Source of the DNA: Phyllosticta citribraziliensis
Lineage: Eukaryota
NCBI RefSeq assembly: GCF_038025025.1
Contig: NW_027117341.1
Span: forward strand, 1 to 64,000
DNA length: 64,000 bases
Direction of reading: 5' to 3'
Shown here piece by piece: positions 12,895 through 25,842 of this stretch. Position 1 is the stretch's first letter. Every line of letters begins with the position of its first letter. The position numbers and the translations under genes are program-made. The notes beneath the pieces are model-generated. The model made no database searches. It was given only the letters and a program-made list of their open reading frames with translations, and had not been told where the DNA came from.

Positions 12895-15234
12895 ATGCCG
12901 ATATTCCACGACTACAACCACCCCGACGACGCTTCTCAAAACTCCTCAAGTGGACGAAGGTCGCAAGGAGAACAAAGCCGGCCTGAGAATGGCTCGTCAG
13001 GCTGGGGAAAGAGGCAGGGTACGGCGCAAGGGACTGGCCACAACGGACACGAAGCAGACTCTAGGGTGACCGCCTCCGCTTCCTCCGCCGACCATGAAAG
13101 ACGAAGCTCTCTTGATCGCGTGGCTCTGATTGAGAGGCTCAAGCGCAATCAGAGTCCCACCCCTCCCCGCTATCAGGAAATGCCAGTCTCGGCCAAGAAG
13201 GAGGACATGCACCATGATGGAAATGGAGCCCCCGCACTTCACGAGCACGACTCGACGAAGGCTGAATCTGTACAACTGGAAAACGCTGGTGGCAACACTA
13301 CGTTGGGCGGATCTTTCCACTTTTCTTCCTCTGAATCAGCCAGCGACGAACAAGACAACGGCAACATGGCTGCTGGTCTCTCGATTCAGCGGCCGAGGTC
13401 TGCGCTGCACTCGGGTGATTTTCGACAAGAAAAGTTCTCGCACGATGTGGACTATGGCACGTCGGAAAGTCAGCCTGCTGTTTCTACCTCGCCAGTTGCT
13501 CCGTGGCATCATTCATTTCCGGCTCCTGCATTGTCGCAGCTGGCTGCGCTGGGCCAGGAGCAGAATAGCCGACTCCCGCTACACTCTCGCACCCCCTCGC
13601 AGGCCCCGCGTGTCGTTCTTTTACCTCCAACCAGCCCTCTCGTCCAGCAGTCCAACAATACAGACCTTGATTGGAGCCCAAGACCGAGATCGCGACAGTC
13701 GAGGAGCCCGGAGCACGACAACCGACGACATACGTTTTCACCACAATCGTTGCAATCCTACCACAGTAGATCGATTGAGCGTACGGGGAGCCACCTCCCT
13801 AGTCAGTCTATTCCGTATTCTCGACGAGGTGGGCCTTTTCCCTACCAGGCACACCAACCACGCCGGTCTCTTAGCACATTTCAAAAGCTCCAACCAACCT
13901 CAACCCCCCACACCCCGCTCGTCCGCCCCAGAGGTCCCTCGGTGTCGAGCGAAATCTCTCCGCTCCAACACGCTCCGATGGTCGGTTCCTACGAAGAGTC
14001 CATCTTGCGTGGGAGGATGTCTACTACGCCCTCTCGTCCACTCAATTTCATTTGTCAGATCGGTGTTCTAGGAAGGGGCAACTGCAAGCCTCAGCTTCGC
14101 TGTCCTGCCCACGTGGCTCTGCCCTTCCCAGCTGTTTTTTACAGCTACAACAGCGGTAACGGCAGAATTGCGGACAACCAACCGAGCCCGTACGTTGGGC
14201 TTGTCGATTTGGAGAACAATCTCAAGAAACCTGAGACCAATGAGCGAAGGCGCAGAAAACGACATGCTCGCTCTGCTCATGACGATGTGGAGCACCATCT
14301 TGGCCATGGTGGCGCCGCTTCCGACCGCCAATCTCATGAAAAGGATAAAGCATCTCCCAAATGTCCTCCCGGGGGCAGCTACCGCATCCCTCAGAAAGGC
14401 CAGCTTCAAATCGTAATCAAAAACCCCAACAAGACAGCCGTGAAGCTGTTCCTTGTTCCGTATGATTTGAGTGACATGGATCCTGGCCACAAGACGTTCA
14501 TTCGCCAGCGCAGCTACTCCGCAGGCCCAATAATCGACATGCCTATTTCATCCAGGTCGAATCTGGTGAACCCAGGAGCGTCGCTATCAGCATCCGATGA
14601 CCCAAATGATCGCCCAACTCTACGATATTTGATACATTTGCACATATGTTGCCCATCTAAGGACCGATACTACTTGTACAAAAGCATTCGTGTTGTCTTT
14701 GCCAATCGTGTTCCTGATGGGAAAGAAAAACTGAGGAACGAAATACAATTCCCGGATCCCCGGTATAGTGCTTACAAACCCACGCGGGAAAATGTCAACA
14801 GTCCTTCCCTCAACTTTGCCAGCTCCTCAAGGCTGTCAGCCTCTGAAAAGACCTCACGGCATCGGGGTGGCGGTCGGCCCCATCTTCACGGGAACGACTA
14901 CGACCGGGTCGATGGCCTGGATATTGGTCGTCATTCAAACTCAAGTTCGCTTTTACATACCCCTCAAATTGTACCTATTCCATTTTCATTGCCGCAGCGC
15001 AAGCTAGAGCCAGTCGTCTCCCGCGCTGCCTCGATGGACCAAATGGACGTCGATTCTCAGCCAGGACTCTCAAGCCGTCATTCACTCGGCAGCTCGACAG
15101 ACTCCAGCGCATGGGACAAGTTCGCCAAAGAAAGCCTCCCCAGTCCTCCGCAAAACGGAGCCGGTCTGCTCGCTCAGAGACTGCGAGGACTGGACGTGCA
15201 GAAGGGAGGGGAGAATGAGGACCGAGCAGTCTGA
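12895..15234 (+). CDS. FAM214/Atos-like protein (DUF4210 + Chromosome_seg domains)
   Basis: 779-aa single ORF with MVGSYEESILRGRMST, LRCPAHV.LPFPAVFYSY, SPYVG, YRIPQKGQLQIVIKNPNKTAVKLFLVPYDL, KTFIRQR and LRYLIHL. Confidence 0.88.
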   Translation: MPIFHDYNHPDDASQNSSSGRRSQGEQSRPENGSSGWGKRQGTAQGTGHNGHEADSRVTASASSADHERRSSLDRVALIERLKRNQSPTPPRYQEMPVSAKKEDMHHDGNGAPALHEHDSTKAESVQLENAGGNTTLGGSFHFSSSESASDEQDNGNMAAGLSIQRPRSALHSGDFRQEKFSHDVDYGTSESQPAVSTSPVAPWHHSFPAPALSQLAALGQEQNSRLPLHSRTPSQAPRVVLLPPTSPLVQQSNNTDLDWSPRPRSRQSRSPEHDNRRHTFSPQSLQSYHSRSIERTGSHLPSQSIPYSRRGGPFPYQAHQPRRSLSTFQKLQPTSTPHTPLVRPRGPSVSSEISPLQHAPMVGSYEESILRGRMSTTPSRPLNFICQIGVLGRGNCKPQLRCPAHVALPFPAVFYSYNSGNGRIADNQPSPYVGLVDLENNLKKPETNERRRRKRHARSAHDDVEHHLGHGGAASDRQSHEKDKASPKCPPGGSYRIPQKGQLQIVIKNPNKTAVKLFLVPYDLSDMDPGHKTFIRQRSYSAGPIIDMPISSRSNLVNPGASLSASDDPNDRPTLRYLIHLHICCPSKDRYYLYKSIRVVFANRVPDGKEKLRNEIQFPDPRYSAYKPTRENVNSPSLNFASSSRLSASEKTSRHRGGGRPHLHGNDYDRVDGLDIGRHSNSSSLLHTPQIVPIPFSLPQRKLEPVVSRAASMDQMDVDSQPGLSSRHSLGSSTDSSAWDKFAKESLPSPPQNGAGLLAQRLRGLDVQKGGENEDRAV

Positions 15235-16541
15235 CGGCTTGCAGGTCGGCTACCCTCGTATTTCTATCGCGAAACCCACTCATCTCGTTTTCAACCGACT
15301 TCTTTTCCGTACTTGATGTTTTGCGTATTCGCGCGTTCCGGTTTCGGCTTCTGGGCGTCGATCAGGTATGTTGCAGCCTCTGGGACAAGCATAGAGCACG
15401 GTAGATGGGTCTTGGCGCACCGGTTCCTTTCACAATGTCCCACTTCGATGGCATACGTAGATTCCATGTGCAGGATCAGCTCATCACTAGCAAGAATTCG
15501 AAATATGGCGATTGCAGAAAAAGCAGCGTATCCGTATACCAACAATGCCAAGCGGATTACTGATCCATCACAGTGGATCAAATGGGGCCGACATTTCTAG
15601 GCATCAACATGATCCGGTTTCCATCAGATCGTCACGCCGGCAGTGCGGTGGCACAGTGGGTAACTGCAGCAGAAAATCAACACTCCCCAGGTACGACTAC
15701 AGCAGCAGATGAATGCTCCCCAAGTGCACATATTCCAGCAGGTCTGATTTCTTTCGACACCCACGGTGGTGGGTCACGTCCAATCTTGAGGCTCGACGGC
15801 TGACGCATGTCAGAAGAAGGCGCAGGCCAAGTGATGGCTCGGAAAAGCCGACGTGACGTCGCTGCCGGCGCAACTCCAGCTATGGGCCATAGGGCCATCA
15901 CCCTCTCGCTCGCCTAAAATGGTGGGAGGTCACGTTCATCAAATTCGGTCCAACTTTGCGTGTCCACCATTGTGGGGCCCCGCCCTGGTGGCTTCAAGGC
16001 ACCCCGCAAAACTGCACCCCAGGTTCAAGCCCACACTGGTCGGCTCTCTTCCGTCGCCATGCTTTTCACTCCAAATTACCTGAAACCCGGATTGGATACA
16101 TGGTTCCCTGTCGACTTGTCTAACCGCTTTGGTGCATTTGCAATCAATGTTACGGAAAACACAGATGGTCTCCGTCTTCCTGCTCCTGCTTATTTCCCCG
16201 TATTCCTCAGAATTTTCGTATTTCTCGGTTTCCGAAAAGAAAACCTGCATTGTCTCATGCAGCCGGAACGTCCCAAAAGGATCGCTGACATCAGTTGGCA
16301 GGCAGGCTAGCAGGTCTCCACGGAGCCCATTCCTTGACTCGCGTGCCGAAGCCAAGGCCGGCCATCATCCACGTTGAGAAGTTGACAGTCCGGGCAGTGT
16401 TGAGCTCGGAATACAATACGCCGAAGAGGAACTGCGCCATGTCCTGCTGTTGTGGACTTTGGGCCTGCTAAAAGGCCAGAGTTCCAAGCCTATGAAGGTG
16501 CGCTTTGACGAACGGTACTGCTGAACTTGAAGGCTGAAAAG

Positions 16542-19500
16542 ATGCCAGGCTCATCAATACTCTACGGTCTGGCTTTCGCCGCTTCGCTTTGCCAAGCGAG
16601 TGATCTTGGGTCGTTCAAGTCCCCAGACATCGAGCACCGACCCAAGTTTCGCTACTGGTGAGAAGATCCAAAGCCTGATTCGTCACTTTCGAAACCCCAA
16701 GCCCTGCTGACGCTGCCACCACCATTCTCAGGCTTCCGGATGCCAGCGTGCCCAATGAGGTCGTTGCTGAAGATATCGCAGCCGTCGCAGGAGTAGGGGC
16801 TGGCGGCGTCGAGTTCCTCCCCTACTACCAATATGGACTGCCCGAAGCCGACCGCGGCGTAGATCCGCCGACAGACTGGACTATCTACGGCTTTGGAACT
16901 GAGGCGTATCGGGAAACCTTCCTGGCTGCCCTGAAAGCCTCGCAGGAAAATGGCTTGCTCATGGACTTTGCCCAGGGTGCCAACCAAGGCCAAGGTACAC
17001 CTGCTGAGCCTGGGTCAGAAGGCCTGGCGTTTGAGTTGGTATGCTTCCCCTGCGCCTGTGAACTCCATTGAATGCTGACTTGCCAGACCTACTCGAATGT
17101 GACGCTGAAATCGGGGGAGACCTTCAACGGCGTGCTCCCCCTCTCTAGGCAGCCTGACAATTTGTTAGGCAGTTTTATGCACAGGCTGGAAGAGTTTGGA
17201 GACCAGACGCTCCTCGTTGCTCAGGCTGTGCGCGTCACTGACAGTAAGCTGCAATCTCATTTTTTCCGATTCTCGTACTGAACCTCAAATAGCGTCTCAG
17301 ATTTCAGTGGATGCTGTCGGAAATGTAGTAACACTAGCAGTCCAAGAACTAGACGAACCAGTAGATCTGACCTCGTCCGTTGGCGAAGATCGATCTCTGA
17401 TTTGGACGGCACCGGCTGGCAACTCAACCTGGCGCATCTTTGCCTGGTATGAACGTCAAGCCAATCAACACTCGTGCTCGCCTGGACTCAATGCCACGAA
17501 CTATGTCCAAAATGGTTCATGGACGGTGGACCATTTCAGCGCCACTGGTGCAAAGAAAATTACAGACTTCCTGGACGAGCATCTCTTCCAAGATGAAGAA
17601 TCCCGCGAGCTTCTGGCTGCTGTTGGAAACTACGGTAAGCGACGCCTGATCTATTCTCAACTTGTGTAACACCCGTGCGCAGCTTGGGAGGACAGCATGG
17701 AAATGCAGACAGCACTGTTGTGGACCCCTGGTTTCCGCGAAAAGTTTGAACAAAGCCGCGGTTATGACATTGCTCCGTGTCTCCCGTACCTGATCATCAG
17801 TGACAACTACTGGGTCCAGGCCGTCATTCCCTATGGAGAATCGTTCACCGCCATCAACTCAACTTTGCAAGAGCAATGTAACCATGACTACCGCCAAGTC
17901 CTGAATGAAGGCTATAAGGAGTATCTTGGTCACTTCGTTGAGTGGGCTCATGGCCTTGGAATCAAGTACTCTGCTCAGCCAGCGTACAATTTCCCTCTGG
18001 ACATGGTAAGACAATATCCCGTGTATTAAGGCCAAGGCTGACTTCACCGCACGCAGCTTGATGACATTCCTCTGTTGGATGGTCCGGAAGGAGAATCTCT
18101 TGGCTTCAGCAACATAGTCGACACATACCGTCAGTTCGCCGGCCCTGCGCACTTGGCTGGAATATCGGTCGTTTCGTCGGAGTGTGGAGCTGCTCGCGGT
18201 GCTCCGTACCTCCAAACGCAGAACGACTTGCTTTGGTCAGTCAGGCGCGGACTTGCAGGCGGCATTTCGATGAATGTTCTGCATGGCTTCGCATACTCGG
18301 GTCCTTACACAAACACCACTTGGCCATCGTACACGACTTTCACGTACCGCTTTACCGAAATGTGGAACCACCATCAACCTGTCTGGCGGCATTTCAACGA
18401 CACGATTCACTACATCGCCCGCAACCAATTTGTTTCGCTAACGGGGACGCCAAAGGTTGACCTTGCATTTTACTTTTACAGCGCGCCTTGGTTGGTGGCA
18501 GAGCAGTACCAGGACACCAATCTTCAGGACCTTGGATACACTTACGACTATCTCGCACCGGGGAACCTTCTCAGCGATGACGCCGTTGTTGATGGTGCTA
18601 CGCTTGCTCCTTCTGGCCCTGCATACAAAGCTCTGGTCTTCTCCAACCAGACGGCAATTTCCCCTGTAGCCGCCGCCAAAATCCAGGAACTTGCCACCGC
18701 CGGACTTCCAGTCTTTTTCGTGGGCGCGACCAACTTCACGAGCATCGGCAAGAAGGCTGGCGAGGCCGAGGAAGTCGCTGCAATCATCAGCGGTCTTGTG
18801 GACAGCGGGCTGGACAATGTTCACGCTGTTGACTCTGCGACGGAACTGCCAGACGCGCTCAAGGCTGCAGGCATTCTGCCGAAAGTGTCTTTCCCTGAGC
18901 AGATTCCCGACTTCTACAACTTTTGGCGAAGCACCGATGGCGTTGAGTACGCGTTCCTTTACAATGATGGAAAAGTCTCGCAAACTGCGGACATTACCTT
19001 CAACGTGTCTGGAACTCCGTACTTTTTCGATGCTTGGACAGGTGACGTTTCGCCAGTGCTCCAGTACACCAGCAGTTCCGAGGGCGTGTCCATTCCAATC
19101 ACGTTGCTGTCGAACCAGACCGCCATAATTGGTTTCTCGACATCGAATGCAATGTCAGAGCTTCCATCGGCCCCGAAAACTCACATCACGAAGTCTTCGG
19201 GCTCTGTTTCTGGCTTGAAGTATTCTGACAACAGTATCACTGCGCAGCTTTCTGGAGCAGCATCTTTTACTCTTTCCGATGGTAGCGCAAAGAACTTGAC
19301 TGCGTCGCCTCCTTCCACTTCCAACCTCACTACATGGGATCTCACGATTGAAGATTGGCACCGCACCAACGACAGCTTCAGCATGGAGACGGCCATCGAC
19401 TACCACACCTACAAATCTCACCCGCTCACTCCATGGCTTGAACTCGATCCTGCACTTGCGTCGGTATCCGGTGTCGGCACCTACACCACAAACTTCTCCT

Positions 19501-19847
19501 ACCCTGCGACAGCTCGCGGTGCGCCCTCCCTTGGCGCCATCCTGCATCTTGGCCCCATCACTAACTCCGTCCGCGCATGGTTGAACGGTCAGCTTCTGCC
19601 GCCCATCGACATCACCAACGCCAATGTCGACGTGACGGACTATATTCAGACGGGCAACAACGACTTGGTCGTGGAAATCACGACGACGCTGTTCAACCGC
19701 ATCAAGGCGGACGGCAACTCGACGTGGTCGGTTGGCGTGACGGCTAACGATGAGAGTCTCAATTACTACGGGATCAATGCGGCATACGAGTACGGTTTGG
19801 TCGGTCCCGTGTCTGTCGAGTGGGTTGTGTTGGAGAAGATCGTCTAA
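16542..19847 (+). CDS. Secreted glycoside hydrolase, GH106 (alpha-L-rhamnosidase-like)
   Basis: Signal peptide, then RPKFRYW|LPDASV, GAGGVEFLP, MDFAQGANQGQG, VDHFSA.GA, AWEDSME, PEGESLGF, SSECGA and LHGFAYSG...TTWP. Ends in a beta-sandwich (V.I.TTLFN, YGLVGPV). Multiple GT-AG introns between 16.6 and 18.1 kb. Confidence 0.85.
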
Positions 19848-20366
19848 GCGGCACGCGCTGTGAGGCTTTTTCCCTCCTTTCTTGAGCGAACTGTACATAC
19901 GACATCTTGCATCACACTCACTGAGAAACTTCCCAACCCCTTTTTGAGCTAGTCCAAATCGGACACGTCGAGAATTCGGCAAGTTCTGAAATCTTTCGCC
20001 GTTGTCGCCTGGCGCAACTGCGACAAAAATTAAAGATTTTACCAACATGCTCTCGAGCCTGTGCCGAGCAACTTTCAGTTGAAGTCTGGAGTTCTGCTTT
20101 ACTTTCGCCGTGTTGCTTTCTGTGGCCCCGATGCTGTGGCGCGGAAATAATGCACGGGTCGGAGTTAGTCTTTTTCAGCTCCCACTTGGCTGACGTGTTG
20201 AGACAGTGTCGTCGACGGCGATAGTCGCCCCTCTCCGGACCTTTCGCCGCGAGCTGACTTGTTTCCTTCCTCAAACAGCCAGAGGTTTGGTGGTTGAAGG
20301 TTCTTATAAAACGAATTGACGACCTGCCAGTGTGTACCGACCTCAACCGAACAAATTTCTTACCAA

Positions 20367-21404
20367 ATGTCTTCAGCTCATCACCTTGCTGCCGTTCTCA
20401 CGGCTGTTGGCTCACCTCTGGAGGTCCAGGAGCGTCCAACTCCAACTCCTGGTCCAACTGAGCTCCTCATCGAAGTCAAGTCAATTGCCTTCAACCCCGT
20501 GGACTATATGCAGCGGGAAACCGGCTTCCACATCTCGCACGAACCGGCCATCTTGGGCTCTGACGTCGCCGGCGTCATCATCGCGTCCGGCTCCGCCGTC
20601 ACCGATCCGGTGCTCAAGCCAGGTGCGCGCGTCGGAGCATTCGCAGCAGCTTTTTGGGAGGAGGGTTTGCCCGACTACGGAGGAATGCAGCAGCGCGTCA
20701 TTGTGCCAGCTGCAAACGCCGTCGCCCTTCCTGACAGCATCAGCTTCAACGAGGGCGCCTTGCTCCCCATGTCGGTCGCCACGGCGTGGACGGGCTGGTA
20801 CACGATCGGCCTCCCCTTGGACACGGCGTTCACACCTGCCGACAAGCAAGGCATGCTGGTCTGGGGTGGCGCCAGCAGCATTGGCAGCGCCGCGGTGCAG
20901 ATTGCGAAGTCGATGGGCTTCAGCGTCTACACGACGGCCAGCGTGAAGCACCACGAGTATCTCAAGAGCTTGGGAGCGACGCGAGTCTTTGACTACAACG
21001 CCGCGGGAGTGGAACAGCACATCGTCACCGCGGCCAAAGAGGACGGCGTCACGATCCGAATAGGATACGACGCTGTCGGCCAGCTGCAGTCGTGCCTAGA
21101 CGTCCTGAAAGAATCCAAAGGAGACGGCGTCGCCAAACTGGCAGAAGCAGTGCCGATGTCTGAGGAGTCGCCCACAGTTGACGGCGTCGTCGCAAAGTTC
21201 ATCGCGGCGTCGTCAGACATGGACGAGCGCGAAGAACAGTATCGCTTCATCTTCAATGTGTGGTTGCAAGAGAAGCTGGCGAGCGGGCAGTTTGTTCCGA
21301 GTCCCAAATTACGCGTGATCGATGGGGGTCTCCATTCCGTCAACCAGGCCTTGGACACGCTCAAGAATGGCGTGAGTGGGGAGAAGCTTGTGCTGGAGAT
21401 ATGA
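20367..21404 (+). CDS. MDR-superfamily oxidoreductase (CipB/enoyl-reductase-like)
   Basis: Intronless, with IAFNPVD, ILGSDVAG, Rossmann LVWGGASSIGSAAVQ.A, LKSLGATRVFDY and GVSGEKLVL. Confidence 0.9.
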   Translation: MSSAHHLAAVLTAVGSPLEVQERPTPTPGPTELLIEVKSIAFNPVDYMQRETGFHISHEPAILGSDVAGVIIASGSAVTDPVLKPGARVGAFAAAFWEEGLPDYGGMQQRVIVPAANAVALPDSISFNEGALLPMSVATAWTGWYTIGLPLDTAFTPADKQGMLVWGGASSIGSAAVQIAKSMGFSVYTTASVKHHEYLKSLGATRVFDYNAAGVEQHIVTAAKEDGVTIRIGYDAVGQLQSCLDVLKESKGDGVAKLAEAVPMSEESPTVDGVVAKFIAASSDMDEREEQYRFIFNVWLQEKLASGQFVPSPKLRVIDGGLHSVNQALDTLKNGVSGEKLVLEI

Positions 21405-22299
21405 GCCGCAATATCGATGAATTCTCTTTGCGAGTTCGCGTTCGCATTGCGAGTTCGCAAAGGTTCCCCTTCATGTCGTTGTCGGAATGTTATCTTTCCG
21501 AATAAATGTACCCAAGCAGTGGTCAATATTGCGATTCGTCTTATCAAGCGTTCAGCCACGCTGGATATAGCCGTGAAACGACTCAGACCGTTGGCTGGAT
21601 CTTGCTTCGCTTATGCGGGCTTCCCGAGGACCGCTGTAACCTAAATACAAGCTGTATCGTATAGGAGACGTTCGGGAAACTTGGTGAAGTTATGTTGAAC
21701 TGTGAGATGGTTGAAATGAAGTGCGTCATGCTCAGACCACTAGGTAAAGTGGACATCTGGGTTCTAAGCGGTAGCAAAATCCGGCAAGAGAGAGATTTAG
21801 TCTGCATTCCATACCAGAATACCGCGCTTGTCCGAAAAAGGAACAAGTTGAACTGAGACTTTACCGTGAACAGGTATTTTGCAGTGGACGGCACCGGAAT
21901 ACTCTGAATACCGGTCGACTGACGAGAGTGGGACTGATAACGATGCACAATGTTCTAGGAAGACAGGGGCGGGAAGCTCCAGCGAGCCTATTTCGACCCC
22001 TCTCGTAGACCAAGTTTCGATCTGCACAAGGATTCTTCCTTCGGAGTTTAAACGAAGCGGGTGTTGGATGCGAGGCCCAGCTTTTCTTGACAGGGAATGC
22101 AGCTGTATAGCTTTAGGGTCCAGTCGCTCCGCAAGCTACCATTGGTCAATGGCATCGTCAGTGAATGGGATGTATCGCGGGGACTATCGACACTCAAGAA
22201 GTGAAAAAGGCAGATACACTCCCCTTCCAACGCTTGTGTTCTGTTGTTGACCTTCGCTCACTTCTCACATCTTCTTCGAAAGCCCTTGCCTTACACCAA

Positions 22300-23438
22300 A
22301 TGCCTGCAGTCATTCAAAATGATGTCCCAATGCGGGGGAAAGGTGTATACGGGATGAACTCGGGGCAGCAGCATTCTGCCATGCTGAATGCTTTGCCTCT
22401 GATCAGCAACTCAGTCGCTGAGAGCTGGGGAAAGCGCTCCTACGCCGATCGCCCCTTTACCATCGTGGAGTACGGATGCTCGGATGGCAAAAACTCGTAA
22501 GCCGCGGACAGGAGCAGTACGAACAGATCCCTACTAATAGCATCTCCAGTGTCGAACCAGTCGCCGCTGCATTGCGCCCTCTTTTGCACGCAAAATGCGT
22601 TCAAATCTTCCTAAACGATCGACCAGAGAACGATTTTGCTGCGACGTCGAAGAATGTGGAAAAGATTGAAGAGAATGGAGAGAAGGACGGCATACGCGCC
22701 TTTACGGCAATGGTGCCGAAGAACTTCTACAAGCAGGTGCTGCCGCCCAACTCCGCCGACGTGGGATTCTCGTTGATGAGCGTCCACTACGTAAACACGT
22801 TGCCCCCTTTACGCGCGGGCGAAGGGGCACTGGATGCTTCGCGACGGGAGACAAAACAAGAAATATGGGAAAAGGACTTTTGTTCCTTCCTTGTCCTCCG
22901 TGCCTCTGAACTTGTCCCCGGCAGTTCCCTTGTTTTGTCTTTTCTGAGCAACCCGCCTGAAGGAGAGACGAATTTCGAGGTTGTCAATGAGTCGCTTCGT
23001 TGGGCGCAGCAGGAAATGATTCGCGAAGATATTCTCTCTCAAGACTTCATCAGGCAGTTCGAGCTGCCCACGCACTACCCCAGTCCGGAAAGGGTGCGCG
23101 AAAAGGTCACTTCTGTCGGCGATTGGGAGATCAAGGACCTGTTCCAGCAAGAGATCAAGCACCCAGCAGTCCAGGAGTTGAAGGAGCGTCGAGCCAAGAG
23201 AGACGACGCGAAAGATTTGGAGTGGTACGCAAACACGGTTATTGACTGGTTCATGGCAGTCATCTCAGGATACTTCTTGAAGACCCTGTTGATTACTCAT
23301 GGCGAGAAATTGGACGAAGAGCAACGGGAGCGGGTCCTCGAAGATTGGAAAGTCCGAAGCAAGAAGAGGTTTCTGGCAGAGCACAAAGACGCCAAAGTCA
23401 GTACTTGGTTGGTTTTTGTTCGTCTCCAAAAGCACTAA
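22300..23438 (+). CDS. SABATH-family (Methyltransf_7) SAM-dependent carboxyl methyltransferase
   Basis: VPMRGKGVYGMNSGQQ, SAM motif IVEYGCSDGKNS, FLNDRPENDF, NFYKQVLPPNSADVGFSLMSVHY and DFCSFLVLRASELVPG. One intron at 22497-22549. Confidence 0.88.
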
Positions 23439-24381
23439 GGCTCGACGGCAAGCGACTCCATTTGTGTGCGGCCTGTAGCGAGGCCTATCGTACGAATTTC
23501 CTTATTCAATTTATAAGTTTTTGCAACCCCTACCATAGCACACAGCGGTCCCAGAAAACGTGTTGGTGGTGTAGTGGTAACGCATGTCGTGGCAACAGTC
23601 GCATCCACGGCAAGTCCCAGGTTCAAGTCCTGGCCAACATAGGATCCTTTTGCTTTTTGCTTCTCCTTTACTTGCTTTTTGCAGAGTGGTAGCGAGGTGG
23701 AATGATCCATGGGATGAGAGGTTGTCCTACGGGGCCGTGCGTCTGCTTTGTCGTGCACAAGTCTGGTTTTCGCAGAATTTCTTCAGTTCAAGGGCAACAG
23801 CTCCCATTATCTCTTTTTTCTTCGACTTCCATCTGGTACAGACAGCGCCTTCGAAGGCTTGACCGGGACGGAACCTGGGAGCGTTCGTTGCAAAGCCATC
23901 GCGAAAAGCTCATGTCCGTTGCGAAAGGTCCATTCAAAAAAGGGTCGAGATACGACCAAACGCAGTCCTATCGCTGTTCACGGATACTCCAATGGTCGAA
24001 AGTTGTTCCAGCCATCAATTGGAAGGACGCGTGGTGATTTTGCAGTGTCGGCGGAGAAGTGACGTTTAGGAGAAGCAGCGCGGAAAAGGGAAGCTACCCG
24101 GCCAGGAACCAGGATAATAGAGTTCCGATGCGACAACCAACGGCGCTCATGCGCCCGATCGAAATCAATCTCACATCAGGACCGCGTCTCAGCGTGTAAT
24201 TCGCTCAAGGCCTCCTGTTGGGTATGTGTGAGGTGTCTGTCTTTATGTTGGAGGTCCAGCGCTCATTCAGTAGCACAGCCCCCAACCTACTCCATCTTCA
24301 TCCATCACTGCGGCGAGACGCTCTTTCCAGTCGCCCTTTGAATGCCTGGAGCATTCGAGGCGCCTCTCCAGAACTGAGCTC

Positions 24382-25081
24382 ATGTCGAACGATTACTTGA
24401 ACGATGCCGCGGCCTGGGAGCAGCAGCGACGGAAGCGCCGATCTTCCGAGCGGAAGCAACGCAATCGAAGTCCAGTAGCCTCTGGCGCGGTGACGCTATC
24501 CCCGCCGTACAATTGGTCCGACCAGCAAAGGTCGTTCTCTTCCGAGTCATCAGAATGGCCGTATCTCTCGCCAGACCGACAAGCGTCGTTTTCCGTCGCA
24601 AGCTCGGATTCGTGGGCGGACTGGTCCGACACCACTTCCATTACTCCGGCATTTCCACATGATCAACTCGTCCGCTATCCACACCAATCCAACTCCGGTA
24701 TGTCGCTCACACGCCCAGAGTCTCGATTTGATGCTGACCGAGCCTTGCACAGGAGGGCTCTTTGAGAGTGTGATGGGCCCCGACGCCCGTGGCCTCAGCA
24801 GGGAAGAATACGTCGACATCAAACAGCGGATATCCAAAATCGAAGACATCTGTCTAACAATAGCCAAGTCTGGTGACTCTCGGGACAAGAGAGAGTTGGC
24901 CGACCGCAAGGAGCAAGCCCAATTGCAGAAGAAAAAGCGAAATGGCCGAACAGGGAACAAGAACATGGCGGGCGCCGTGTACGCCCAAGTGCTGACCGAC
25001 ATCATCGCCGACATCTTTCGCGGCTTCTCGGTGGACTTTGTACAGACCGTGATCGGGAAGGTTGTGGGTAAAGCATTCTAG
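24382..25081 (+). CDS. Hypothetical protein (~215 aa): Ser-rich N-terminus, basic segment and amphipathic C-terminal helix
   Basis: Two ORFs joined in frame by an intron GTATGT...GCTGAC...CACAG (~24698-24752). No recognisable family. Confidence 0.6.
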
Positions 25082-25842
25082 GGACTGGTCCCTTGAGTTG
25101 ACTCTTCATGCCATGAGCACCGGATTTATAAAGCTCAGTGAGTCGGGAGTCTGTCTTGATGACTTGACGATCTGCAGGAATCCCTTCCACCTCATAGAAA
25201 GCAGACTTGAATAAATCAAATGACAGCCACATCTGAATTTTCGCGTCCCGTATTCCTTCTTCCTCTAATTGACGGATCGATGCGGCAGGACTCGGTCCAC
25301 GTCTCCATACCCAACAGACTGACGGTCAGCATTGCGCTTCAACCGGTGCGGGAACTCCAACGCCTGACCTTCTCCCCCCTCCCCACATATTTCATCGCAT
25401 CCGCACGAGCACTGCGCTATCGGGCACGTTGAAGCAACCAAAGCTCCACGAGGCGTTTTCCTGCTTCCTTCGCCCTTCGCTTCATCTCCGCCAGTGTTTG
25501 GACACTCTTCGGATACTCTGCATCGTGTGTGCTTTACGATCGAATGGCTTCGGGCGGAGCTGCTGCCACCGACGGGCACCCGGGACGACATCTTTGCGAA
25601 AGAGCACACAGGTCTCTGATATATATACTCTGTATTGCTTGTTATTTCCTGTGTATATATGCAAGAAGACGGCGACAGAACTCTATCGTCAAATAAGCAT
25701 GCACGCAAAAGAGGCGCAAAAATGTCAAACAAGTGCCCGCCCACGGTTGTCCATCCGCATCGACATCCTCGGAGAGCCCAATGCCCACAGCGCCAAAACC
25801 GACGACCAAATACCACAAGCCAACCACCGCCGCGCACAATCT

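Noticed and set aside
16542..23438. Secondary-metabolite gene cluster
   Set aside because: No backbone enzyme (PKS, NRPS, terpene cyclase), transporter or Zn2Cys6 regulator in the window.
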